Source: Rickettsiales bacterium
GTDB lineage: Bacteria; Pseudomonadota; Alphaproteobacteria; Rickettsiales; UBA3002
Length of the DNA: 50,918 bases
Direction of reading: 5' to 3'
Assembly: GCA_044341105.1 (NCBI GenBank)
Contig: JBIISI010000003.1
Coordinates: forward strand, 1 to 50,918
Within the stretch, counting starts at the first letter, position 1. Each line of letters opens with the position of its first letter. Below, piece after piece: positions 1-9,552 of the stretch. The notes under the pieces are model-generated. The model saw only the letters and a program-made list of their open reading frames with translations, was not told the DNA's origin and searched no databases. Position numbers and translations under genes: made by a program.

Positions 1-483
1 GGGGATAAGCCCCAGTAATGGATAAAGCAGCGAGAGCGCCATTTCGCGTACAAAAAGGTCGCGCGCGTGCTCCGGCTGAGAGATTTGAACGGTAAAGTGG
101 TCATCGTGAACACCGTAGGTGCGCCAGCGCTTTGCCTCATGCTCAATCACTTGAAGCCCGCTTTTGCTTTGGTAAGGAAAGTTCATATCGCTATGCGAAA
201 TGTAGGCAAGGCGATGCTTCCTATCCCAGATTTGAACAAGGTAATCCTGCTCTTGCTTCAACTTCATACTCAAGCCGGGCCCAATAATTCCTTTCCTGCT
301 GTCGCTCAACCTGAGCGCGCCTAACTGGCTTTTCAGCGTCGCCGCCAATTCCATCATATTGCGATCATACAGCTCGTTGATCTCATCGGAGGCATGCACA
401 TAGGTAATACCGGTGACGATAAGCGAACCCGTCGCCAAAGCGATAATCAGCGAAACCAGTAAATAGCGGCGAATCGATCTCAT
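1..483 (-). CDS. Sensor histidine kinase, QseC/PmrB-like (N-terminal part; runs off window)
   Basis: Manual translation MRSIRRYLLVSLIIALATGSLIVTGITYVHASDEINELYDR shows a TM helix plus the E..ELxD periplasmic motif. ATGA overlap with the response regulator stop. Confidence 0.85.
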   Translation of the reverse strand, partial: MRSIRRYLLVSLIIALATGSLIVTGITYVHASDEINELYDRNMMELAATLKSQLGALRLSDSRKGIIGPGLSMKLKQEQDYLVQIWDRKHRLAYISHSDMNFPYQSKSGLQVIEHEAKRWRTYGVHDDHFTVQISQPEHARDLFVREMALSLLYPLLGLIP

Positions 484-1136
484 TTGGCCACCATGTAGCC
501 GATGCCGCGAATGTTATGAATAATATCCGAGCCTAGTTTCTTACGGACATTGTGAATCTGTACTTCAACCGCGTTACTGCTCACTTCTTCATTCCAGCCA
601 TACAGGCGATCTTCCAGCTCCGCACGCGACAATACTTTCCCCGGAACTTCCATAAGTGCAAACATCAGGGCGTATTCGCGCGCAGACAGAACGAGTTCCT
701 TGCCCCTGTAGGTCAGTTCTTTGGTGGTGGTGTTCAAGGCGATTGCGCCCGACCGAATCACGGATTCGGCATTGCCCGTATTGCGCCGCAAGAGTACGCG
801 GATACGTGCCTCGACTTCTTCTAATGCAAATGGTTTGACCAGGTAATCATCGGCCCCGAGGTTAAGCCCGAGCACTTTGTCTGCCACACGGTCGCGGGCC
901 GTCAAGACCAATACCGGGGTTTTATTATGTGCCCGGCGCATCGACTGTAGCACTTCCAGCCCCCCACGCCTGGGCAGGCCAAGGTCAAGCAAGACGAGAT
1001 GATACGTCGCATTCTTAAGACTTTCTTCGCCTGTTTCGCCATCACGCGCCCAATCAACCGCATAGCCGCCTGCCTTCAGCGCATGGCTTAAACCCTCGCC
1101 TATCATTTTATCATCTTCGATCAACAGAATGCGCAT
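480..1136 (-). CDS. OmpR-family response regulator, QseB/PmrA(BasR)-like
   Basis: MRILLIEDD receiver, LDLGLP phospho-Asp, GADDYLVKPF, winged helix SNAVEVQIHNVRKKLG..RGIGY. Confidence 0.95.
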   Translation of the reverse strand: MRILLIEDDKMIGEGLSHALKAGGYAVDWARDGETGEESLKNATYHLVLLDLGLPRRGGLEVLQSMRRAHNKTPVLVLTARDRVADKVLGLNLGADDYLVKPFALEEVEARIRVLLRRNTGNAESVIRSGAIALNTTTKELTYRGKELVLSAREYALMFALMEVPGKVLSRAELEDRLYGWNEEVSSNAVEVQIHNVRKKLGSDIIHNIRGIGYMVAK

Positions 1137-1172
1137 GGATATCCTTTAAGAACTTCCCATTCACGGTTGCGC

Positions 1173-1205
1173 ATCATAGGAAGCCAGACTTACGCCAAAC
1201 TTAGC
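1173..1205 (-). promoter_or_regulatory. PmrA/QseB-type direct-repeat box plus -10 element (probable autoregulated promoter)
   Basis: Minus strand GCTAAG-N5-CGTAAG, then 10 nt, then TATGAT, upstream of the response regulator. Confidence 0.6.
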
Positions 1206-1228
1206 ACTGAAACGGTGCCGGAATGTTT

Positions 1229-1975
1229 TCAGAATCTTTCGTTTTTCCTGTGATAGAGCCCACCATGGCTTAATAGGTAGAGCGTCAAGAAGCTGTAGCC
1301 AACAATACCTGCGAGATACGTGTCCAGTGGCGCATAGATAAAGCCTGCCACGATCGCAGCCATCATGAGCAAAGCCAATGGCGCCGCCTTTTTGCTGATA
1401 TGCAGAAGCTTGCTTGATGGTGTCTTGACATGGCTGATCATAAGCCCGGCCAAACAGGTAATGTAGATACCTGTATAGATGGAGGTCGTGGTGCTGATGG
1501 CACCTTTTAACTCTAACACAATCGGCAGGAAAATAAATACCGCTCCCGCCGGCGTCGGCATTCCGATGAAATAGTTGGTTGCAACGTTTTCCGCCCCCTC
1601 ATTATACATCACATTGAAGCGCGCCAACCTGTAGGCTCCGCCGACAAGGAAAATAAGCGTGGCCACCCAGCCGAAGAAATAAAGCCCTTTTAAATGCCAT
1701 TCATAGGCAATCAGCGCCGGCGTCACACAGAAGTTCAGAAAGTCGGCTAAGGAATCCAGCTGGGCCCCAATCGGGCTTTCCACCTTCAACCGGCGGGCAA
1801 CCTTGCCATCAATAGCATCCAAGAACGCCGCGATAAGAAGCAAGACCAACGAGTAATAAATATTTTCCCGAACGTAGCTGAAACGCAAAGCAGTTAAGCC
1901 CAGGCACATCGAGGTGAGGGTAATCGCATTCGGAATAAAGGGATAAATATATTTCAATTTCATTGGCGCTGCCAA
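1229..1975 (-). CDS. pssA: CDP-diacylglycerol--serine O-phosphatidyltransferase
   Basis: PNAIT and CDP-alcohol phosphotransferase motif DAIDGKVAR...GAQLDSLAD, RLARFN, FIGMPTPAG. Start may be 1963. Confidence 0.93.
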   Translation of the reverse strand: MAAPMKLKYIYPFIPNAITLTSMCLGLTALRFSYVRENIYYSLVLLLIAAFLDAIDGKVARRLKVESPIGAQLDSLADFLNFCVTPALIAYEWHLKGLYFFGWVATLIFLVGGAYRLARFNVMYNEGAENVATNYFIGMPTPAGAVFIFLPIVLELKGAISTTTSIYTGIYITCLAGLMISHVKTPSSKLLHISKKAAPLALLMMAAIVAGFIYAPLDTYLAGIVGYSFLTLYLLSHGGLYHRKNERF

Positions 1976-2670
1976 GTCAGTGCGGTTGCATCAAACGTTT
2001 TTGGATCAAGCGCCAACATCGTCTCGCCCCCTACCGTCACCGTGCCGATATCGACGAGTAACCGGTAATGCAGGGGAATGTACACATCGCAGCGGCTGCC
2101 AAAACGGATAATCCCATAGCGTGCACCGCCAAGCACCACCTGTCCCGGTTGTATTTCATGCACGATGCGCCGGGCGACCAGTCCGGCAATCTGGCAGAAG
2201 CCGATGGTTTCACCCTGACGATTGACCATGCTGCTGATCGTACGCTCGTTGTCGTCGCTGGCCTTATCAAGCGCTGCATTCAAGAATTTGCCCGGAACAT
2301 AGACATGGTGCGAAATCGTGCCGCTGACGGGAGTGCGGTTCACGTGCACATTGAAGACGTTCAGAAAAATAGAAACTTTGTGATACAAGGTGCCATCGCC
2401 CGTCAGCTCTTTCGGCAGCGGCGCCTGGCTGATATGGCTGATCACGCCATCGCCCGTCGCTAATACAAAACCATCTCCCTGGGGAGTGATCCGGTCTGGG
2501 TTACGAAAAAAATAAATGCAGAAAAGCAGCGCGACGACGCCCAGAAGGCCTGCATATTCCGAACAAAGAAACAATAGAGTGGCCACAATGGCAGCGGCGG
2601 CGATGAACGGTTTCCCCTTCGGATGCGTTGGGACAAACAGAACGCTTTTTATGGTCGATAAGAGATGCAT
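1960..2670 (-). CDS. psd: Phosphatidylserine decarboxylase proenzyme
   Basis: FFRNPDR, FLNVFNVHVNRTP, QIAGLVARRI and self-cleavage motif FGSRCD; adjacent to pssA. Confidence 0.95.
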   Translation of the reverse strand: MHLLSTIKSVLFVPTHPKGKPFIAAAAIVATLLFLCSEYAGLLGVVALLFCIYFFRNPDRITPQGDGFVLATGDGVISHISQAPLPKELTGDGTLYHKVSIFLNVFNVHVNRTPVSGTISHHVYVPGKFLNAALDKASDDNERTISSMVNRQGETIGFCQIAGLVARRIVHEIQPGQVVLGGARYGIIRFGSRCDVYIPLHYRLLVDIGTVTVGGETMLALDPKTFDATALTWQRQ

Positions 2671-2680
2671 CAGATCCTGA

Positions 2681-2713
2681 CTTAAGTTTCAGCTAAGAAT
2701 GTCGAGTTATACG
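2681..2713 (+). promoter_or_regulatory. PmrA-box-like site in the psd/eptA divergent intergenic region
   Basis: CTTAAG-N5-GCTAAG (2681-2697), then 10 nt, then TATACG; same geometry as the 1173-1205 site. Confidence 0.55.
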
Positions 2714-2868
2714 CGGCGATAATAACCATAGGTGCCGTATCGTATATTCGTTTTTCCCCTCATCACACAACTATAAAAGCGCTTTTCCCGATGATGTCAA
2801 AACAATGGCAACACACTGAAAAGCTGTGCTTAAATTAATTGCTTTCATTTCATTGGGATGCCCTTTCC

Positions 2869-4476
2869 ATGCTAAAAAAACTGTTCCACCCCATGCAGGT
2901 CACCAGCATGCAGCTTATTGCTCTTGTCGCATTATTCTGGATGGTATTCGCCAATTTCTCTTTGGTGGCCGCGCTGGTGCATGACTACCCCCTGACGGTA
3001 AAGAACGCGCCATTTCTTGGAACGGCCTTTCTAGGTTTCACCGCCGTTATCATCATCGTACTGAGCGTGGTTTGTATGCGCTGGACCATCAAGCCACTCC
3101 TTAGCCTGTTACTTATCTCTACGGCGATGACCGCGTATTTCATGGATACGTACCACGTGATTATTGACGACCTGATGATCCGCAACACGCTGGAAACGGA
3201 CGTGCATGAAGTAAGCGACCTGTTTAGCGTTCATATGTTGGGGTATCTTCTCCTGCTCGGGATTCTGCCGGCATGCTTCGTCTGGCGCTCGACCATTATT
3301 TTCCAACCGCTGCACCGCGAACTGCTGTCACGATTGAAATGGGTGGCTGCCCTGCTGCTTGCGGTTGGGGTGTTGTTTTTTTTACAAAGCGCCGTGATCA
3401 CATCGTTTTTCCGCGAACACAAACCGATCCGTTTTTATGCCAATCCCTCTAGTTATCTCTTTGGGTTGGCGCGTCATGTCTCCAAAGAGGTATCGGCCAT
3501 ACGGGGTGTGGCACCACTTGCAGCGTTCGGTCGCGACGCCCGAATCCCCGCGACGGATGTCCGGCGCGAACTAATCGTTATGGTAGTGGGCGAAACCACC
3601 CGTGCAGACCGGTTCTCGCTAAATGGTTACCAGAAACACACCAATCCCCTGTTAGAAAAACAGAACGTTGTCAGCTTCGCCCATGTGCAAAGCTGCGCCA
3701 CGCTCACGGCGATTTCGGTGCCATGTATCTTCTCAGGCCTCGGTGAAGAAGGCTTTACGGTTGCGAAGGCCAGGCGAAAAGAAAACATCGTGGATACATT
3801 AAACCATGCCGGTGTGCATGTGTTGTGGCGCGACAATAATTCAAGCTCGAAAGGGGTAGCGGACAGGGTAACCTACCAGGATTACCGCAGCCCTTCTGTC
3901 AACCCGGTCTGCGACGAGGAATGCCGGGATGAGGGGATGCTCGTGGGGCTTCAGGACTATGTGAACGCGCAGCCTGAAGGCGATATCCTGATCGTCCTGC
4001 ATCAAATGGGCAATCACGGGCCAGCCTATTACAAGCGCTATCCGGCATCCTTCGAGAAATTCAAACCGGTGTGCAAAACCAACGAACTTGCCGATTGCAG
4101 CCAGGATGAAATCAATAACGCTTACGACAATGCCATCCTCTACACCGATTACTTCCTCGACAAGACTATCGAGTTTCTAAAAAACAACGATGGAAAGTTC
4201 CAGGTCGCGATGCTCTATGCCGGCGATCATGGTGAATCGCTGGGAGAGAATAATATCTATCTGCACGGCCTGCCGAACTTCCTTGCCCCCGAGGCCCAGC
4301 GCCATGTCCCTATGATCCTGTGGTTGGGTAACAATTTCGAGGGAATGGATATAGCAACCGCGATGGCGAAGAAGGATCGCTCGCTCAGCCACGACAACAT
4401 CGCCCATACGCTTCTTGGATTGATGGAGATCCAAACAGGCGTGTATAAAAAAGACCTCGATTTGCTGAAGGACTGA
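2869..4476 (+). CDS. eptA: Lipid A phosphoethanolamine transferase (EptA/MCR family)
   Basis: N-terminal TM helices, VVGETTRAD, SCATLTAISVPC (catalytic Thr), HQMGNHGPAY, YDNAILYTD, DHGESLGE..YLHG. Confidence 0.95.
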   Translation: MLKKLFHPMQVTSMQLIALVALFWMVFANFSLVAALVHDYPLTVKNAPFLGTAFLGFTAVIIIVLSVVCMRWTIKPLLSLLLISTAMTAYFMDTYHVIIDDLMIRNTLETDVHEVSDLFSVHMLGYLLLLGILPACFVWRSTIIFQPLHRELLSRLKWVAALLLAVGVLFFLQSAVITSFFREHKPIRFYANPSSYLFGLARHVSKEVSAIRGVAPLAAFGRDARIPATDVRRELIVMVVGETTRADRFSLNGYQKHTNPLLEKQNVVSFAHVQSCATLTAISVPCIFSGLGEEGFTVAKARRKENIVDTLNHAGVHVLWRDNNSSSKGVADRVTYQDYRSPSVNPVCDEECRDEGMLVGLQDYVNAQPEGDILIVLHQMGNHGPAYYKRYPASFEKFKPVCKTNELADCSQDEINNAYDNAILYTDYFLDKTIEFLKNNDGKFQVAMLYAGDHGESLGENNIYLHGLPNFLAPEAQRHVPMILWLGNNFEGMDIATAMAKKDRSLSHDNIAHTLLGLMEIQTGVYKKDLDLLKD

Positions 4477-4477
4477 G

Positions 4478-4816
4478 ATGAAACGTCTTTGGTTTGCCTT
4501 TCTCTATTCCCTAAGTGGCCTTGCTGCGGCATGGCGCGATGAAGCGGCTTTCCGGCAGGAAGTGATCCTGGCTGCGGTGGTAATTCCGTGGGCCATCATT
4601 CTCGCCCCCAATAAATTATCACTGCTGCTCATGATCGGCAGTGTGCTTTTGGTGCTGGTACTAGAACTGCTGAATACGGCTGTGGAAGCATGCATCAACC
4701 GTATCGGCCCGGAAATACACCCTCTATCGAAGAAAGCCAAAGATACAGCCAGCGCAGCGGTGTTTATCGGGCTGGCCCATATGCTACTGGTCTGGAGCGT
4801 GATCCTGCTTTTTTAA
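4478..4816 (+). CDS. dgkA: Diacylglycerol kinase
   Basis: EAAFRQE, ELLNTAVEACIN, HPLSKKAKD motifs; 1 nt after eptA. Confidence 0.95.
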   Translation: MKRLWFAFLYSLSGLAAAWRDEAAFRQEVILAAVVIPWAIILAPNKLSLLLMIGSVLLVLVLELLNTAVEACINRIGPEIHPLSKKAKDTASAAVFIGLAHMLLVWSVILLF

Positions 4817-4982
4817 TGGAACGCCGGTCATCGGAGCACAAGACCGGGAAGATTCGGACTACACCTTGGTTAAGATTGCTGATTATCCAATCCAAGGTAT
4901 GGTTGCCCTATGCAAATTGCTAAAATCACCGCAGCAAGTTACAGCATTCAAACTGTTAGTTGGCTCAATGCGCCTATCACTT

Positions 4983-5651
4983 CTAGCCGATTTGCCTACT
5001 GTGCGATAACGCCGATTCTTTGATAATATCATGCAGTGCAGCAGCAGACGCATCTTGCGAAAGAACTTCTAATGCAGCATCGGTTAATACGACTTGGTGC
5101 GCTGGCTGCGTTTTCATTAACCGTAATATCTCTTTGTCTGCCTGCAATTCTGGATTCAGCTCTGTCAATAATCGCTCTGCCGCGCGTGCAAATTGTTCCG
5201 CATCTTTTCCATCTTTAAACGAATAAATGGCTCCTTCGGGAACCGTATGTCGCCCAAAACGCTTTTCATCGCCAATAGCCAAGACGGTATTTCCTTCGGA
5301 TATCTGGCAAGTTTCCCAATATGGAGTAAGTTCCATTCCTAGACACAGTTCATGATCGGCAAGCCATCTGTCTAACTCCAACTGCATCACTGGCCCGAAC
5401 CCAGATGGCGCGAACCCAGAACGGGCCAGACGCTTTATGTAGCTTTTATCCATCTGGACGAGATCGCTGATCGGAAGTTTTTTGGGGTCGTGCCCTGCCC
5501 AAACATTCTGGAGAAGATTGCGAAGACGAGTACTGAATTCTTCAAACGGTATAGGATCATCAAAGCGCGGGTCAAAAAAATTAGCCGTGTTACCCAAACG
5601 ATTAATTTTATTGGCCGCTATCTGACGATCAAAAGTCGATTGCTCTGACAT
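4983..5651 (-). CDS. Hypothetical protein
   Basis: 222 aa ORF with AAGGAG upstream; no recognisable motif. Confidence 0.6.
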   Translation of the reverse strand: MSEQSTFDRQIAANKINRLGNTANFFDPRFDDPIPFEEFSTRLRNLLQNVWAGHDPKKLPISDLVQMDKSYIKRLARSGFAPSGFGPVMQLELDRWLADHELCLGMELTPYWETCQISEGNTVLAIGDEKRFGRHTVPEGAIYSFKDGKDAEQFARAAERLLTELNPELQADKEILRLMKTQPAHQVVLTDAALEVLSQDASAAALHDIIKESALSHSRQIG

Positions 5652-5889
5652 TTGCTTCTTGCTTCTCCTTTATCTTCGTCCATCATATCATTTAATTATG
5701 TCAACATGATGAAGGCGTTCAGTAAAATTAATGACGTTAGCGCCCTTATAAGAATCGAACTGCCCAAGTACATATAAATCAATGAAAACGATTTAGCGGC
5801 CGTTTGAAATTGCTTAAAAAAACCAACCGACACGAACTCGCAACGCACTGATAATAAAGAAAAAAGAACGAAATCTCTGATTTCGTTGT

Positions 5890-5908
5890 AAATGGTGACT
5901 CTACGGGA
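5890..5908. repeat. att site (distal copy of tRNA-Glu 3' end)
   Basis: aaatggtgac-tctacggga equals 24686-24705 aaatggtgacctctacggga with a 1-nt deletion. Confidence 0.9.
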
Positions 5909-5968
5909 GGCACACCGGTCAATTAACGTATTGATTAGCACACCCAATTTGTCAACGGCGATCTTCGC

Positions 5969-5987
5969 ATGCCCCTAATTGTGCCCC
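5969..5987 (+). repeat. Integrase arm-type site (left)
   Basis: atgcccctaattgtgcccc, 18/19 identical to 24557-24575; inverted half-site taggggtat at 6026-6034. Confidence 0.7.
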
Positions 5988-6032
5988 TATTGCTGAATTG
6001 ACGTTTTTGGCTTGTTTCAGGCATATAGGGGT

Positions 6033-6638
6033 ATGAGCAAAACACCGCCGCCTAAAAAACGCAAAACCCGCCGAATGGTCGCACCATCGCTTTTTGTTCC
6101 GGTAACAAAAGAGGACAAGACATCAATGCCGTTTACCGGGGTGGAGCATGGCGAGCCAGAAGAAACCAAGCGAGAAAAGTTAGAACGGGAGCAACTAAAG
6201 CGAAAGCAGCTAGTCAGTCAATCAGCCCAAACCAATACCGAGGATATACTAAGATGGCTTCGGCAGGAAATGAATCGCCAAGAATACTCCTACGCGAAAC
6301 TTTCGGCTCTCACTGGAGTATCCGAACCAGCGATAAAATCTTGGTATAGCAAAAGCCCTACATCGCGACGGAGCCCCGGCCTTGTAGAAGTCATGAAATG
6401 TCTTCAGGCCTTAAATTTTATTCTCATCCCATCGGATGGTGTTCTGTATTTAGACGATACAGGGGACAGGTCTTGCAACCCCATCGATTGGTTTAGACAC
6501 CATCTTGCGAACCGTGAATTGCAGGATAGTGCCACAACACGAAAAACTAGCGTCTCTGAAGAGCATGCGCGCTCGAATGAAAACGCACGTCGCGCGCTTA
6601 AAATGAAAACGCATAAACCGCGCAGCCGGATATCTTAA
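6033..6638 (+). CDS. XRE/Cro-like HTH DNA-binding protein
   Basis: LRQEMNRQEYSYAKLSALTGVSEPAIKSW...SPGLVEVMKCLQALN resembles an HTH; ATG at 6033. Confidence 0.65.
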   Translation: MSKTPPPKKRKTRRMVAPSLFVPVTKEDKTSMPFTGVEHGEPEETKREKLEREQLKRKQLVSQSAQTNTEDILRWLRQEMNRQEYSYAKLSALTGVSEPAIKSWYSKSPTSRRSPGLVEVMKCLQALNFILIPSDGVLYLDDTGDRSCNPIDWFRHHLANRELQDSATTRKTSVSEEHARSNENARRALKMKTHKPRSRIS

Positions 6639-6721
6639 TTGGTTACTTCTGTAACCTTCCGCTCGTCGTAGTCTTTCTGCACCTTCGTACGACCATCACA
6701 GTCGTAATTAACGGAGGACTC

Positions 6722-6955
6722 ATGCAACCACTAGAAAACAAGCCAACCGGTTACAGCAAATATATTCGGGCCAAGCAGGCTGCTGAATATCTCGGCATCC
6801 CACTCTCGACGTTCTACCAGCTAGTCTCACAGGGAGTTTTACCAAAAGCCTTCAAACTCACGGATCGTATTTCGCTTTATCGGCGGGCTGATCTGGATGC
6901 CGTTTTGGCAAACCGTAATGGGGCGAATGAAGCCCTATCTGCAACGCAACGGTAG
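6722..6955 (+). CDS. AlpA-family excisionase/regulator
   Basis: YIRAKQAAEYLGIPLSTFYQLVSQGVLPKAFKLTDRISLYRRADLD; GGAGG RBS. Confidence 0.85.
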   Translation: MQPLENKPTGYSKYIRAKQAAEYLGIPLSTFYQLVSQGVLPKAFKLTDRISLYRRADLDAVLANRNGANEALSATQR

Positions 6956-6966
6956 GGGAGGCGCAC

Positions 6967-9525
6967 GTGGCAAAAATTGTTTCAGAACATGCCGACGTTG
7001 TGTTGAACATCGCACGCAACAGCAACAATATCGATTTGGTGCATACAAGGCCCTACAACCCAACCGTAAGCGAGTTGTTTGAGAGGCTTTCCAAGCCAAA
7101 GATCGACACCATTACGCTAGCGGAATACCTCGACCTCTCCCCGAAAGAGCGTAACAAGCATAAATCCAGCGCGGGATGGATTACAGGCGGTCGCGTGAGG
7201 AAAAACTACCGCTGCAAGAAGCACATGGGGAAAATCAGGCAGCTAATGCTCGATATCGACGGAGCGACACCCGAGTTGATCGAGGAGATTATCAGCGGCG
7301 ACACCGCATTCTCCAAGTTTGAGTGGTTTATGCACACCACGCGCTCGCATGATCCCGCCAAACCTCGCGTCCGGATTTACGTGCCGCTTCGTACCGCAGT
7401 TCCGCTAGATATCTTCGAGGCATTCGCGCGGATTACATGCACATTGCTTGCAACAGACGCACAAGCCGTCATGGATGCGGTGGACCCGGCCAGTTTTTCC
7501 GTAGCACAGCTCATGTACTTACCGACCATCAGCCGGGATCAAGAGTTCAAAAAATACCACAATAAGGGCGAGTTACTCGATTACCAAGACATCCTCGACC
7601 AATATGATGGGGACTACACCAATTTCGCTACGCTACCGCACTCATCCAAACGCGACAAAAAACATCGGACTCACATGCCCGATGGCAGCTATAAAGACCC
7701 ACGCGATAAGGAAGGTGTTGTTGGCGCATTCTGCCGGAAATGGAACATTGAGCAGGCCATGCGCGAATTCATTCCTGATGTTTATGAGCAAGACATCGGC
7801 GGTGACAGCAGCCGGTATCGTTACACAGGCTCCGACAGCATGGGCGGCGCTGTAGTGCTGGATGATGGGCAGTATCTCTATTCACATCATATCAATGCAG
7901 ACCCATGCGGCGGCGAATCCGTCAACGCCTTCGACATGGTACGTTTGCATGAATTTGGCGAACTGGATGATGATACTGATCCAGAAACCAAGATGACCAA
8001 GCTGCCATCCTACCAAGCGATGATCGAAATGCTCATGGAAATTCCTGAATTTCGTGACCAACTAGCGGAAGACCGTGTGGCGTTGGACGAATCTATCATT
8101 GACGCTTTCAAAGAACTCGACATCGAAGAAAAGGAAGATGAAGACAAAAAAATCCCGGCAGTCATGCGTTGGATGAATGAGCGGCATGCCGTGGTTGTAA
8201 ATGATGGCAACACAATCATTCTGAATTTTAAAAATGCAGAAGGCCATCTGACCTACAGCACCGCTCAAGACCTGCATATGCTCTACGCGAATAGAACTGC
8301 CACGCTGAAGACCGGAAAGCTTATGACCTACGACCGTTACTGGATGGAACACCCGAAGCGCCGTCAATATATCGGGGTGGATTTTAACCCCAATGGCGTA
8401 CCAGACGGATGGCTGAATACCTATCCCGGCTTTCCGCTTGCGCCGCGTGCAGGCGGAAACTTCAAGCGCATCCGTTGGCATCTTAAACATGTAATCTGCA
8501 ACGGTGATAAAGTGCTTTTCAAGGCGTTGATTCAGTGGTTGGCGCATATGATGCAAAAACCCGGAGAAAAACCCGGCTTTGCAGTGGTGCTCATCAGCGA
8601 AGGAAAAGGCACCGGGAAGGACACCGTAGGCCATATCGTGCACCAGATGCTGGGGCGCATGTGGACTCAAGTGCTCACCCCACGGCAGTTGCTTGGCAAC
8701 TTCAATGCGCACCTTAGCGATTGCCTGTTCATCCAAGTATCGGAGGCTATTTACCCTAAGGATAAGTCGGCGCAGGGGATGCTACAAAACCTGATTACCG
8801 AGCCGTTTCTGCCGATTGAGCGCAAGGGGAAGGATATCATGCGAGTCAGTAGTTTCCAACGCATCATGATTACCTCGAACCACCACCATGTCGTTCCAGC
8901 AAGTGCAGACGAACGGCGGTATTTCGTGCTGACCGTATCGGATCGGAAAAAACAGAACGCGGACTATTTTGACGCATTGTACGCAGAAATCGAAGATGTG
9001 AAGTCGATCCAAGCATTCATCGATTACCTCATGCATGTTGATATTTCCGACTTCGATCCGCGCAATCCGCCGAAGACCAACGCCCTTACCGAACAAAAGC
9101 TGGCGAACCTGACCGGGGTTGCCGAATGGTGGTACTACAGGCTTCAGGTGGGCCATATTCCCGGCTTCAGCAAATCCGGCAGTGGCGATGGGGGTTGCTG
9201 GGATGAGCCGGACATGTCGGAGTGGCAAGAGGGTTCTATTTCGGGCAAGAAACAAGCCCTGTACGATGATTATTGCGACCGTAATCGCCGCCGCCGCTAC
9301 GATGGCGACCCGGTAACGCCCGCAATCTTTTGGCGCGAAATGAAGAAGATGATGCCAGAGATCAAAACGGGGACCGCCCGGCAAGGGAAGACCTTTTACA
9401 AGAAGGCGACTATCGAGGGCCTTGATACCTGCCGGGCAGCATTCGCCAAGTTTATTGGCGGCAGCGTTGCGTGGGAGGGTGAACCCATGCCATGTCGCGA
9501 GATTGACCTAGAAGACCTGATTTAG
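6967..9525 (+). CDS. Primase/polymerase-helicase (AEP-like N-terminus, DUF5906/SF3-type ATPase C-terminus)
   Basis: MLDIDG, HTTRSH..PRVRIYVPL, YSHH..DPC..NAFDMVRLH; Walker A EGKGTGKD, GNFNAHL, IERKGKD, ITSNH, DERRYFV. Confidence 0.85.
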   Translation: MAKIVSEHADVVLNIARNSNNIDLVHTRPYNPTVSELFERLSKPKIDTITLAEYLDLSPKERNKHKSSAGWITGGRVRKNYRCKKHMGKIRQLMLDIDGATPELIEEIISGDTAFSKFEWFMHTTRSHDPAKPRVRIYVPLRTAVPLDIFEAFARITCTLLATDAQAVMDAVDPASFSVAQLMYLPTISRDQEFKKYHNKGELLDYQDILDQYDGDYTNFATLPHSSKRDKKHRTHMPDGSYKDPRDKEGVVGAFCRKWNIEQAMREFIPDVYEQDIGGDSSRYRYTGSDSMGGAVVLDDGQYLYSHHINADPCGGESVNAFDMVRLHEFGELDDDTDPETKMTKLPSYQAMIEMLMEIPEFRDQLAEDRVALDESIIDAFKELDIEEKEDEDKKIPAVMRWMNERHAVVVNDGNTIILNFKNAEGHLTYSTAQDLHMLYANRTATLKTGKLMTYDRYWMEHPKRRQYIGVDFNPNGVPDGWLNTYPGFPLAPRAGGNFKRIRWHLKHVICNGDKVLFKALIQWLAHMMQKPGEKPGFAVVLISEGKGTGKDTVGHIVHQMLGRMWTQVLTPRQLLGNFNAHLSDCLFIQVSEAIYPKDKSAQGMLQNLITEPFLPIERKGKDIMRVSSFQRIMITSNHHHVVPASADERRYFVLTVSDRKKQNADYFDALYAEIEDVKSIQAFIDYLMHVDISDFDPRNPPKTNALTEQKLANLTGVAEWWYYRLQVGHIPGFSKSGSGDGGCWDEPDMSEWQEGSISGKKQALYDDYCDRNRRRRYDGDPVTPAIFWREMKKMMPEIKTGTARQGKTFYKKATIEGLDTCRAAFAKFIGGSVAWEGEPMPCREIDLEDLI

Positions 9526-9552
9526 CCACTATCCTGTCGAGGTGGCTGAAGC

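Noticed and set aside
2869-4476. Calling the pEtN transferase an mcr allele
   Set aside because: Motifs are shared across EptA/MCR; identity cannot be computed here and no flanking IS was seen
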